The notes beneath the pieces were generated by a model that had not been told where the DNA came from, searched no databases, and was given only the letters and a program-made list of their open reading frames with translations. A stretch of DNA of 64,000 nt from Paraspadella gotoi. Taxonomy: Eukaryota > Animalia > Chaetognatha. The stretch is from positions 2,170,388 to 2,234,387 of the forward strand of contig CM119270.1 in the NCBI GenBank assembly GCA_051294375.1. Direction: 5' to 3'. Within the stretch, counting starts at the first letter, position 1, and every line of letters begins with the position of its first letter. The translations under genes and the position numbers were made by a program. This document shows positions 52,594 through 64,000 of this stretch, piece by piece.

Positions 52594-53470
52594 GTATTTG
52601 TTTCTTCTCGGCCACCAGGGGGTCTCTCGTTCCATCGACCGTGGCGCCATTTTTCAATGCCTCTCTTTTCTTTTCCCCTTCGGCTCGTTTGGCTTTTGTT
52701 TTATTTTAGGAGTTTCATTTCAGAAAATAAAAAAAAGAAAAGTCGATTGTTGCTTTAGCTGATTTTAGAATAATTGAAATCCGAATGAAAACTACATTTT
52801 ATTATGTTAATATTCCTTAATACACGGAGTTAATAAATATTTTCTAGCTCACAAATTGTTTTTACTTTTTCCTTTTTCATTCCTTGTTTTGACCTTTCTA
52901 TGCTATCGCATTTTTTTTCTCCTCTCTCCCTCTCTCTCTTTTTCACTCTCCACCTCTCTCTCTCTATCTCTCTCTCGCTCTTTTCCTCTCTCCATATCTC
53001 TCTCACTCTCTCTTTGTCATTTTCTCAAAAGCTGACGTCTGCAACTATAGGAAATAAAATACGTGGGTTCTATTCAGAGTTTACCGAGTTGTATTTTCCG
53101 AAAATAAGAGCGAGGCATTTTGAACAACCCGAGAGCTAATTCTCTTTTTTTAAGACGGAGCGAAAGAATAAGATATATGAAAAATCAGATAAACTTTAAA
53201 CATTCATAGAAATACTCTTTTTAATTGAATTGGGAATTGGCTTTAAAAGCGGCAGAAAGTATGTGCCATCCATTCATGAAAGTTACAATTAGTTACATTT
53301 TCATCCTTACATTAATTATTCTGTTTTGTTTTAGTCTTTTTTTTAGATTTAAAAATAAAATATTGTTCAGGTTTATTTTTTTATCAAATAATTTTCCACT
53401 GATTACATTTTTATCGTTTTTCATGTAAACTTTTTTTTTCGATTTATTAGTAATTTTTTTTCTCTTTCAG

Positions 53471-53558
53471 ATTTTCAACGTCAAATATTTTGTTCCGCTC
53501 GATTTTTTTCGCGAAGTGAAAACGAAAAAGAAGAGAAGCAATGAAAAGAGGAATTCAG
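53471..53558 (+). CDS. Putative TMTC exon following the KEQG helix
   Basis: TCTCTTTCAG|...CAG|GTAAAT; phase 0 to 1 reading IFNVKYFVPLDFFREVKTKKKRSNEKRNS. Confidence 0.5.
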
Positions 53559-53756
53559 GTAAATGAGAGGGCAGAGGATGGGTAAGGCAAGGGGAAAGGG
53601 TATATTATTGTGAATTATTGTAAAATTTAACGTTATAAATTAATTTAGTAGTGAAAGGATAAAATAATTTTATTAAAGAAAGTTTTATTTTGTCAAAAAT
53701 GTTTGATTCTGGCCCGCCTCATTGGGTATGAGAGGTAAAAAAGTGAGATCAAAGTT

Positions 53757-54365
53757 GGAACAGAATGAGAGATTCTGTCAAAACGAGGCTGCCTCGAAGG
53801 CAAAGGGAAGTAAACCTTGAAGTATTCCTTAGAATGGGAGATTCTGTCAAAACAAGGCTCACTCGAAGGCAAAGGGAAGTAAACCTAGAAGTGCNNNNNN
53901 NNNNNNNNNNNNNNNNNNNTACTTAGAATTGAGAGATTCTGTCAAAAAACGAGCTCACTTCGAAAGGGCAAAAGGTTTGGACGTAAACCTAGAAAGTGTC
54001 TTAGAATGGAGAGATTCTGTCAAAAAACGAGGCTCACTCAAAGGCAAAGGGAAGTAAACCGTACGAAGTGCTACTTAGAAGAGAGATTTCTGTCAAAACG
54101 AGGCTCACTTCGACAGCAAAGGAAAGTAAACCTAGAAGTTGCTGTCTTAGAATGAGAGGTTGCTCTGTCAAACGAGCTACACTCAAAGGCAAAGGGAAGT
54201 AAACCTTAGAAGTACTCATTTAGACTGAGAGATTTTCTGTCAAATCAGGCTCACTCAAGCGCAAAGGAAGTAAACCTAGAAGTGCGTTCTTAGAATGAGA
54301 GATTCTGTCAAAACGAGCTAGCCTCGAAGGCAGAAGGGAAGTAAATCCTAGAAGTGCTCACTTAA
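53757..54365. repeat. ~70-bp minisatellite, about 8-9 copies
   Basis: Unit CTTAGAATGAGAGATTCTGTCAAAACGAGGCTCACTCGAAGGCAAAGGGAAGTAAACCTAGAAGTGCTCA, head-to-tail without spacers. Confidence 0.92.
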
Positions 54366-54562
54366 AATCTGTTTATTACTTTATGATGACCGTCGTGTTA
54401 AAAGTGATTCACTGGCGGTGAATCTAATTTTGAGTGGAAAGAGAAATATTAAAAGAAAAAAGAAAGAGAAGATGAGAAAAATGGATAAGATATCGAAAAA
54501 GAGTAAAAAAAAAGGATACACGAAAGTGTATTAAAAAGATAGGAAGAGAATGACGAGGGAAA

Positions 54563-54602
<40 letters not shown>

Positions 54603-54890
54603 CGAAGAGAATTGAAGGAAGCAAGGGTTATAAGGAAAAGGCGATGAAAACTTGAGATGACATAACAGAGGAAAGACGTTAAAGGGAGAAAGTTTTCTAT
54701 AAGACGAATGTATTGCATATAAGAATATTGAAGCAAGGGATGAGAACGACGATGATCGACGACGTATTGACGATGACGACGATGACGACGGACACGACGA
54801 TTATGATATTGAGACACGATGTCCGACTAAGACGATGAAAGCACGATGATTGCGCATAAGAAATATTGACTAGGGAGAGAACGACGTGAT

Positions 54891-55450
54891 GGCTCACTCA
54901 AAGGCAAAAGAAAGTAAACCTAGAAGTGCTCACTTAAAATCTGTTTATACTTTATGATGACCGTCGGTTAAAGTGATTCACTGGCGGTGAATCGATTTTT
55001 GAGTGGAAAAGAAAGAAAATTTAAAAAGAAAANNNNNNNNNNNNNNNNNNNNNNNNNNNNNNNNNNNNNNNNNNNNNNNNNNNNNNNNNNNNNNNNNNNN
55101 NNNNNNNNNNNNNNNNNNNNNNNNNNNNNNNNNNNNNNNNNNNNNNNNNNNNNNNNNNNNNNNNNNNNNNNNNNNNNNNNNNNNNNNNNNNNNNNNNNNN
55201 NNNAGAGAGAGGGAGAGAATTGAAAGGAAGCAAGGGTAAAGGAAAAGGCGATGAAAACTTGAGATGAATAACGAGGAAAGAGTTGAAAGGGAGAAAGTTT
55301 TTCTATAAGACGATGATTGCATAAGAATATTGACAAGGGAGAGAACGACGATGACGATGACGACGATGACGACGACGACAACGATGATGATGATCACGAT
55401 GACGACGAAGACGATGAACACGATGATTGCATAAGAATATTGACAAATGA
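54891..55450 (+). repeat. Tandem direct duplicate of about 54320-54890
   Basis: GAAGTGCTCACTTAAAATCTGTTTAT...GATTCACTGGCGGTGAATC and downstream sequence occur twice; the second copy spans a gap. Confidence 0.82.
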
Positions 55451-56678
55451 GATATGACGAGATAACGCACACACGACGAAGCGACGATCGACGACGGATG
55501 ACGAATGACTGACGACGACCTGACGACGACGATAACAAAGACGATGACGATGATGAACTCATCATTTAAATATCAAACAAAAAATGCGATGGCTAAAGAT
55601 TAAAGACTCACGTAAATTAAAAAAAAAAACAATAAAAACTAATGATTATTTATGATTGATCAGAAGCGATCGCAACTCACTACACGTTTTCAAACGATGA
55701 CTCGAATGTATTGATTTCCTGATAACGAAATGAAAAAAAAATTAAAAAAAAAACAAAACAAAAAAACTGTTTCCCTTTTGTTATTCTGTTTTCGTTTTGT
55801 TTTTCTCCTCGAGGCGGCGCTTCCTTTCTTTCTTTCTTTTCGTCTCTGTTTTCACTTTTGAGATGAAAAAATAAAAGCGAAAATCGAAATTGGAGATTTT
55901 AAAATCGCGAGTTGGAAAAAATAAATGACTTTTTTTCGCTTTTAACATTAAATATCTTCGCTTGTCAGTTGTTTATAAGTTTTAGGCTTTTGTACATAAT
56001 TTTTAATTTACTATATATCTTTCATTCTTTTCCTCTTCTCTTTCCTTTTCTTTAAAAACTTTCTTTTCTTGGAATTTTTTTTCCTTTCTTTCCTTCCTCT
56101 CTTCTTTCCTTTCCTTTCTTTTCTTCCTTCCTTTCCTATTATTCACCTCTTTTATGTCTTTTTTCCTTCTCCTTCTCTTCTCTTGCTGCCGCTTCTCTCT
56201 TTTCATTTCTTCTCTTCTCTTCTCTTCTCCTCTTTCTCTACCTCTCTTTTCATTTCTTCTCTTCTCTTCTTTTCTCCTCCTTCTCTACCTCTCCTTTTTC
56301 AATTTCTTCGTCTTCTTCTTCCTTTCTTCCTCCTTTCTCTACCTCCTCTCCCTCTCCTCTCCCGCTCCATCTCCTTCCCTCTCTACCTCCATCGCACCCT
56401 CTCTCCCTCCCATCCTCTCTTCTTTTCTCTCCTTCCCTCCCTCTCTTCCTCTCTCTCCCTCCCTTCCCTCTCTTCCACTCTTCTGGGGTTTGTTTTCTGT
56501 GTTTTTTCTTTTTTTTTCTTTTTCCCCCTTCTTCCCCCCTTCCTTTTCCCTTTTTTTTATTCTTCTCCTTTTTCCCCCCCTTTTTTCTTCCTTTTCCTTA
56601 TTTCTCCCTTTCTCTTTTTCTTTTTTTTCGTTTTTTTTTTCTTTTTTTTTTTTTCCTTTTTCTTTTTTTTTTTTTGGT

Positions 56679-56711
<33 letters not shown>

Positions 56712-56909
56712 TTTTTTTTTTTTTTTCGTTGTTTTTTTTTTCCCCTTTTTTTTTTTTCTCCTCCCTCTCTCTCCCTTCCTCCTCTTTCTCTTCTCTCTCC
56801 CTCCCTCTCTCTCTTCTCTCCCTCCCTCTCCCTCTCTCTCCCTCCTCTCCTCTCTCCCCTCTCTTCCCTCCTCCCTCTCTTCCCTTCCCTCCTCATCTCC
56901 CCCCCTCAG

Positions 56910-57203
56910 CTTCCAAATCATCAATCATTTCTTCCGGAAATTCCGGGCCGCCATTCGAATTCTTTGCCGGAATTCTCGGAGAGACGCCGAGATCTGCAGA
57001 GACGACAAAAAACGGCGCTATTTCACGACCGAGCGCCATCTGCGCCAGCGGCGTCGCCGGCGCCATCGAGTCGACTAGCGGCGCCATCGGTGTGTGCGGA
57101 GGGAAAACAAGAGGAAGACGGAGCACGACGACGACGCGACGACGACAGAGCAAAAATGGGTGGAGATTACGACCGGGCGAACTGCGGAAAAAAAAAAAAT
57201 ATG
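56910..57203 (+). CDS. Putative TMTC loop exon (GC-rich)
   Basis: CCCCCTCAG|CT acceptor, phase 1 matching the 53558 donor; open reading (A)SKSSIISSGNSGPPFEFFAGIL...LRKKKKY; donor G|GTGAG. The phase to the next exon is not resolved. Confidence 0.45.
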
Positions 57204-58154
57204 GTGAGAATAAAATAAATATATTTTTTGATTAAAAAATGAATTATATGTAAAAAGGAGAATTATATATGTACGTAGTTTTGTAAGTTTTATGGAAGAC
57301 CAGATGGTAATATAAAAATTAATATGTAACGAAAATCAAAAATTTTTCTGACAAAAGGATTAATGGAATTTTATTGATATATAAACAACGGACTTGCTTC
57401 CGGATTTATTTATTTTTTTTTGTAGGCTTGATCTCAACGCGTATATACAAATAATCATAGCTGAAAATGCATTTATAGCATAATTTAAACATTATGTTTA
57501 ATTAAGGTTACCACTTTACAGGTTCAACTCATCCTCTTTGCAAAAAGGCGATGCCAACACAAACAACAGACAAACAACAAAAACAAGTAACTAATTAAAA
57601 ACAATAACAACAACAAAACAACCAACTACGTCAGCAAACATCGCCAAAAAACATCATTAGCTACAACAACGAACGACGACAATGAGCGAACGACGACGAC
57701 GACGACGACGACGTTTACGAGGCTGCGACTTCATCTTTCGTCTGCCAGCACTTCCGTAAACATGAAATAAATAGCGTATGATAGAGCAGAGAGAGAGAGA
57801 GAGAGAGAGCAGAGGAGAGAGAAGAGATGAGAGAGAGAGAGAGATGAGAGAAGAGAGAGAGAGAGAGAGAATCTAATCTTTTATTTCTATGTATTTCAAT
57901 TCAATTTGATTCATTTTCATTTCCTTAGTTAATTCTTCTTCTTTTCCTTTTACTTTAATTTGCGCCTCATAATTTTGTTAAGAATTTTTTTTTTAATTTT
58001 TTTAGTATATTGTTACAGTACTAGATAAAAAATTGTTAAAAAAAGAAATTAATCCAATTTTTAATTTGAAACAACTTTTTTTCCTTCTTCTTTCGTTCTC
58101 GACTCCCTGTCCCCATTCTTTCTCTCTCTCTCTCTCTTTCTTCTCTCTCTCTCT

Positions 58155-58244
<90 letters not shown>

Positions 58245-58245
58245 T

Positions 58246-58305
<60 letters not shown>

Positions 58306-58347
58306 TTTACCCTTCCCTCGATCTCCCGCTCCCTCTCTCCACACAAG

Positions 58348-58494
58348 ATCACGGTCGACGAAAGGAGAGACAGAACTCTTCATCGCTCTCGCTCTCACGA
58401 TCGTCCGCGCTGCGACGCTCTTCGTTTCCGGCGCTGCGCTGCTTTGGCTTCGAATCGGCGTCGTACAGGGAAGGAAGACGCCGGTTTTCTCGAG
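58348..58494 (+). CDS. TMTC3-like exon preceding DUF1736
   Basis: CACACAAG|A...GAG|GTAAGA; SRSTKGETELFIALALTIVRAATLFVSGAALLWLRIGVVQGRKTPVFS(R), resembling TMTC3 RVQVIQSQLPVFTR; phase 2 joins the next exon. Confidence 0.85.
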
Positions 58495-58816
58495 GTAAGA
58501 TTGAAGATGGGTAAGTGTTGGGTAAGTTAATTGGCCGAAGGAGGGAAGAGAGAGGTGAGGGGGCGTAAGGGCGCGTCAGTTTCTTGTCGATCTGTCTGTT
58601 CGTCTCTATCTGTCTGTCTTTTTCTCTGTCTTTCTTTCTTTTTTTTCTGACTGTCTATCACTTTGTCTGGTCTCTGGCCACATGTCTGTCTTTCGGTACA
58701 TGTCTGTCATGATTCCTGTTTATCTCTCCGCTTTCTGGCAGGCCGTCAGCTTGTCTGCCTCTCAGCCTTTTCTCTTCCGTTTGATTTTCGTCTGTCTGTG
58801 TGTCTGTGTGTCTGTG

Positions 58817-58876
<60 letters not shown>

Positions 58877-59059
58877 AGTGAATCTTTCCTTGGGACTGAG
58901 GTCGTATAAACCTTGACAGGGCCGCCCATTGGCGTTGAGGGAAGATAAATGTTAACTCGTGTGAGAATGAGAAATGGAATTTAAAAGTGGCGAAGTTGAT
59001 TTAGAGTCGCACCGATGGTGAATCAAGATGAGCGAGGTGTTGCAACACCGATGGAAACA

Positions 59060-59106
<47 letters not shown>

Positions 59107-59468
59107 CCTCTCTCTCCCACTTGCGATATATTGCTTTCTCTTGATTTCTTGTTTCTCTCATTCACTTTCCAGTGACACGTGCTGCCCTCTAATTAGTTTT
59201 TCTTCTCTCTCTCTCTCTGTACCACAAGATTTCGCGCGCCTTCGAATCACGTGATATTTGCTTCGGTGATCACGTGACTTGGGTTTTGTGTTTTTGTCGT
59301 TCATCACGTGAGGGATTGAGCGATCTGCTATTATTTGTACCGTGAGACTCAGAAAAACAGAACATCATGTTTAGCTTTAAATTGAAAATTCCTTCGTCAT
59401 TACGCAACTTACTGCTATAAATGTCTGTCTGTCCGTCTGTCTGATCTCTCTCTCTCTCTCTCTTCTCT

Positions 59469-59527
<59 letters not shown>

Positions 59528-59819
59528 GTCGGTTTCCTTTCAGAATTCCATTTTCTTCGGTCCTCCAAATTCGGGTCAGCGACTTATTTAGGAAAAAAAA
59601 AAAAAAGTCATCGAAGCCGATTTGGCGAAAGTTTATTTGATGGAATTTTTGAGTGAGACGCGAATGATAAGAGGCAACCGTGATTTCTCAGAGTCGCGCC
59701 GCCTTAACTCTCTTTTTACTATCCTGTTTTCTGGTCATCGCGTGACGACTGAAAATATTTAACTGGAAAACAAATTTCTTAAAAATCAAGTGATTGTACG
59801 AAGATGACGACGACGACGC

Positions 59820-59882
<63 letters not shown>

Positions 59883-59954
59883 CGAGGCATGAACAAAGAT
59901 AAAGACGATATCAACCAACCAACGATTAATCCTTTTTCGATCTAGACGATTATC

Positions 59955-60095
59955 AAACGAAGGAACTAACGAAGGAACGAACGAAGGAACGAACGAACGA
60001 AGGAACGAACGAAGGAACGAACGAAGGAACGAACGAACGAACAAACGAACGAAGGAACGAACGAACGAACAAATGAACGAACGAACGAACGAATG
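59955..60095. repeat. (GAAC/GAAG)n tetranucleotide repeat
   Basis: ACGAAGGAACGAACGA units. Confidence 0.9.
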
Positions 60096-60381
60096 ATTAA
60101 ATAAAGCGTTGAATGAAGAAATAAAAGACAAAACGGAAACACCGATTAACAAAGATAAAAATGTATGAATGAATTTAAAAAAACGAACGAACGAAAAAGT
60201 GAACAAAGAAAACAAAGAAACAGAGAAACAAACAAACAAACGAACCAAGAAACAAACTTACAAAGAAACTTACTCGTGAAGGTTCGTTCACCGGCAGAAG
60301 AAAAAAAGAGAGAAAAGGGCGTGTTATTGGTTCATCGTTGCCTTTCTCGCTTTGAATGAGAATTAGGGGCAATAAGAACTT

Positions 60382-60464
<83 letters not shown>

Positions 60465-61301
60465 CTTCTCTTCCTCTCTCTGCTCTTTCTGCTCTCTCTT
60501 ACTGTTTTCTTTGTTTCCCTCTTTCTTTCTTTCTTTCTTTCTTTCTCTTCTTTCTTTCTTTCTTTTTCTTTCTTTTTTCTCTCCTCCTCCTTTCTCTCTC
60601 TCTTCTCATTGTCATCCTTCTCTCTTACCGCACCTCTCCCTCTCTCTCTCTCCCTTTCTCTATTCTCCCCTCCTCTCTCTCTTCCCCTTCTTTCTCTCTT
60701 CCAATTCTCCGTTTCCGGTTCGAAATATCGGCGAGAATATTGGTTAATGGTTATTACGAAAAAGGAAGAGTTACCCAGTGATTGCTTTATCGGCACTTTG
60801 TTGCCACTATTCTTTTTTTTTGCAGTTTTTCCCCTGACTGCGAAAGTATACAAGTTTCGTTTTCGTCATAGTTTAAACTCAATTTAATTTAAAACAAATA
60901 TAATCGTAAAAACATAAAAGTGAGAGTTTTACGAATAATTGACGTTTCGATCTAGAATTAACGAGAGTCGAAAAAGTTCTCGACGACCCTGACCGCCTGC
61001 GCGACGTCGACCTCATCTTAAATTATTCTAAGAAACTTACCCGTCCTTACCTTTCGAGTCGTCTTCTTTATTATTTTTTCTTTATATTAATTCTTTTTTC
61101 CTTTTTCCATCTCACTCACCCTTTAATTATTATTTCCCATCTCACCTAATTTGTTTTTAATTTTCTGCCTCATATCCCTAAAATTTTATTTCCCATCTCA
61201 TATACTTTTAAGTCTTCTCATTTCCCATCTCACTCGTCCTTCTTTTCTTTCCTTTTCTCATCTCCTCCACCCTTCTTCCCATCACACTTCCCCCATCACA
61301 G

Positions 61302-61456
61302 GTTCGACAATCCGCTGGCCTCTCACCCATCCGCCCTTACCCGATTTCTCTCGCTCACTTACCTTCCCGCCCTCAACTTCTGGCTGCTGCTTTGTCCTCA
61401 TTGGCTTTTGGCCGACTGGTCAATGGGCACCGTTCCTCCGCTGGAGACCTTTACGG
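61302..61456 (+). CDS. TMTC3-like exon encoding the DUF1736 region
   Basis: CCCCATCACAG|G...G|GTGAGT; (R)FDNPLASHPSALTRFLSLTYLPALNFWLLLCPHWLLADWSMGTVPPLETFT, matching TMTC FDNPA...N.WLLL.P..L..DW.MG.IP. Confidence 0.93.
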
Positions 61457-63169
61457 GTGAGTCGTTTTGTCTCTTGACCTTTTGTCTCTTTGTCATTTGT
61501 CTCTCTGTCCTTTGTCTTTTCTCCCTTGCCCTTTGTCCTCTGTCTTTTATATTCTTGTCCTTTGTCCTTTGTACCATGTTGGTATGAAACGAGGGCGACA
61601 AAGAAGGTGAAAACTTTGCTGTTGACAGAGAAAATCATGATGATGATGATGATGATGATGATAATGATGGTGATGATAATGATATGAACGATGATGACAA
61701 CGGGAACAATGACTCAATTTCACTTTTAATCTCGGAATTCATTGCACGACGAGAACAATGAAGACGACTATGAAGAGGACAACGACAACAACAACAACAA
61801 CAACGACGTCGATGACAAAGACGACAACAACAAAGACAATGAAGAGGACAACGACGACGACGAAAACGACGACAACAACAAAGACAAAGAAGAAGACGAC
61901 GACGACGACAACAACAACAACGACGACGACAACAATTACAATGAAGAGGACAACGACGACGACAATGAAGAGGACAACGACTTGGAAAAAACCATCTGCG
62001 GTGGAGAAACGAGTCTCGGTAAAAAAAGGAGACGAACGACCTTTTTTCTGATAACGACGATTTCGATGACAATGGCGAAGAGAAAGGAAAGAATAAGTCG
62101 ATGGCATCGGGAGAGATGAACGGAGATGGCAACGGGGAAGAGGCGAATGGCGATGGCGATGGTGAGGTGGCGAATGGCGACGGCGAAGAGATCGATGATG
62201 AAGATGGCACTGAAAAATAAAATGGAGATGACAACGAATAGAAGACTTGCAACGGTGAAATGGCGAATGGCAATGGTCAAGTAGCGAATGGCAATGGAAA
62301 AAAGGCGAATGACAATGACGAAGAGGAGAAAAAGACGATAGCAGCGACGAAAAAGGACATACAGCGACGGAAAAAACCGATGAGAGCAGCGAGTAGTGGA
62401 AAGAGTACGATCAGGCACAGCACCGAGAAAAAGACCGATCGAGAGCAACTGAAAAAGACATAGAGCAGCGGGACGATAAAGACAATAGCGAAAAGGAAAG
62501 AAAAATAAAGAAAAGAAGACAAGGCAGAAAAAAAAAAAGATAGAAGGGGAGGAGAAAGAGAGGAAAAATAGGAGCAAGAGAAATGAGGAGGAAGAAAAAA
62601 AACACAATGGGTAATGTCATGATCTCTAACATACTCCTCTCTCTCATCTATCTTCCTGATTTTTCCTCTAACTATCTTTTATAAAAAACCCAGTATACCC
62701 GAAGATACAACTGGAGAGGAAGGATCACAAATAAGCCGAATAAACAACCTGTATTAATATTAATAATTCTAAGCAACACACAACGCCAACAGCCTCTATC
62801 TTTCTATAAGAATATTCCTTTCATTTCCACTTTGCTTCTTTTTTATTATACATACATTTTATTATTCTTAAGAATAATTCCTCTACGACCTCGCTCGAAA
62901 ATAATCTCACAGGTGCAAATTTAATAGCCAGTGATCTCTCAAACTAAGCGCTCAACAGTCCGCACCGTAAACAGATCGACCCATTCCATCCCAGCGGACT
63001 CTGACAAAAAACACTATATCACAAACGGCGGAAAACATGAACAAAATTATTTCTAGGCACAATGAGAATAAAAGGACAAGAGATAGAGACAGCGGTACCG
63101 GATAAAATACAATCCAAAGGCGAGCGACGTATCAAATATGGCTCAAGTCAGCTTAGCCCGACGAAAGAT

Positions 63170-63400
63170 GAGACTCTTCCCAGGCGACTGTAAGAGATGC
63201 ATTTAGCAATGATCCACCAAAGATATCCCACTATAGTAAGCGCCCAATTTGGCGGAAAAAGACTATAAGCAGCGACTGAATGAAAGAAACGATAAAGCAG
63301 CGGCTCTGTATTATCCTAATGAAAAGATGATTAGTCAAGGCAGACGCTAAAAAAGTACCCACAATTTTCTCCAGACCGGCGAAAACTAGATCAAGGTGAG
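63170..63400 (+). pseudogene. Decayed THAP zinc-finger-like remnant
   Basis: In order, allowing for indels: LFPGD..R...(W)I, (IC)SA(H)F..KDY, and VKADA..VPTIF, resembling the THAP FP-W-CxxHF-AVPTIF signature. Confidence 0.4.
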
Positions 63401-63943
63401 AACGCAGACGCAACGTGAAAAAGTACAAGAGCAAGTTGACTCGATAGTCAAGACATAATAGCAGCTGCGCGGGAAAAAGGGCAATAGAAAGCTCGGATCT
63501 CTCTCGGGAAAAAAGAAAATCTCGAAATTAGATTACTCAAGCCACGAAAATAAAAAGACAACGTAGCAGACGACGAAAAAGACAAAAAAAATGAATAGCA
63601 GTTGACGACAAAAAGACGAAGTTACATGGATCAGCCCGAAACAGAGCGATGCGCAAAAAAAAGACGATATAGCAGCGACGAAAAAGACGATAGCAGCGAC
63701 GAAAAGAGACGATATTCAGCAGGATGATAGCGAAAAAGAACAAGGATGCAGCGACGATAAAGACAAGAGAAGCGACGAAAAAGATGAGCAGCGAACGAAA
63801 AAGACGTAAAAGACGACGAACAAAGATGATAGCAGTCAGATGAATAAAAAACAATAGCAATGGCAGAAAAAAGCAAAGTCAGACGACGAAAAAACATCGA
63901 TATGCTAGCGACGATAAAGACTAAAAAAAGTTATTAAACAATG

Positions 63944-64000
<57 letters not shown>
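63944..64000. repeat. (ATCA)n microsatellite
   Basis: Perfect AATC repeats to the window end. Confidence 0.95.

Noticed and set aside
51924-52762. Long F/L-rich and K/R-rich ORFs (membrane-protein-like or protamine-like)
   Set aside because: Translations of a (CTT/CCT)n tract that are open in several frames on both strands.
53757-54365. Regularly spaced repeats resembling a CRISPR array or a coding repeat (RMRDSVKTRLTRRQREVNLEVL)
   Set aside because: Units are head-to-tail with no unique spacers, there are no cas genes, the context is eukaryotic, and the 70-bp unit is not a multiple of 3.
56069-56900. 5' parts of the 388-aa and 354-aa ORFs
   Set aside because: Polypyrimidine and poly-T low-quality sequence; only 56910-57203 looks exon-like.
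61635-62650. D/N/E-rich and ANGNG-repeat ORFs
   Set aside because: Degenerate (GAC/AAC/GAT)n repeats interrupted by stops, just downstream of a TMTC donor; no splice support.

Overview
Eukaryotic (animal-like), AT-rich, microsatellite-dense draft scaffold with many N gaps and stretches of indel-riddled, long-read-like sequence. Most of the supplied ORFs are simple-repeat artefacts. Recognisable content: (1) a three-exon ornithine decarboxylase-family gene on the minus strand (21383-19756); (2) scattered plus-strand exons of a TMTC3-like protein O-mannosyltransferase from 26510 to at least 61456, most not captured as a coherent ORF, with unusually long loop insertions; (3) a full-length but frameshifted Ty3/gypsy LTR retrotransposon with a tRNA-Trp PBS (about 33309-39472) inside a TMTC intron; (4) a hAT-type foldback element with an 8-bp TSD (1497-2473), a family of small TIR elements with telomere-like hexamers, a 110-bp spacerless palindrome, several minisatellites and a decayed THAP-domain remnant; (5) two large inverted duplications and several direct duplications, at least some probably assembly artefacts. 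I found no CRISPR array, rRNA or tRNA gene. All calls come from reading by eye; no searches were run.
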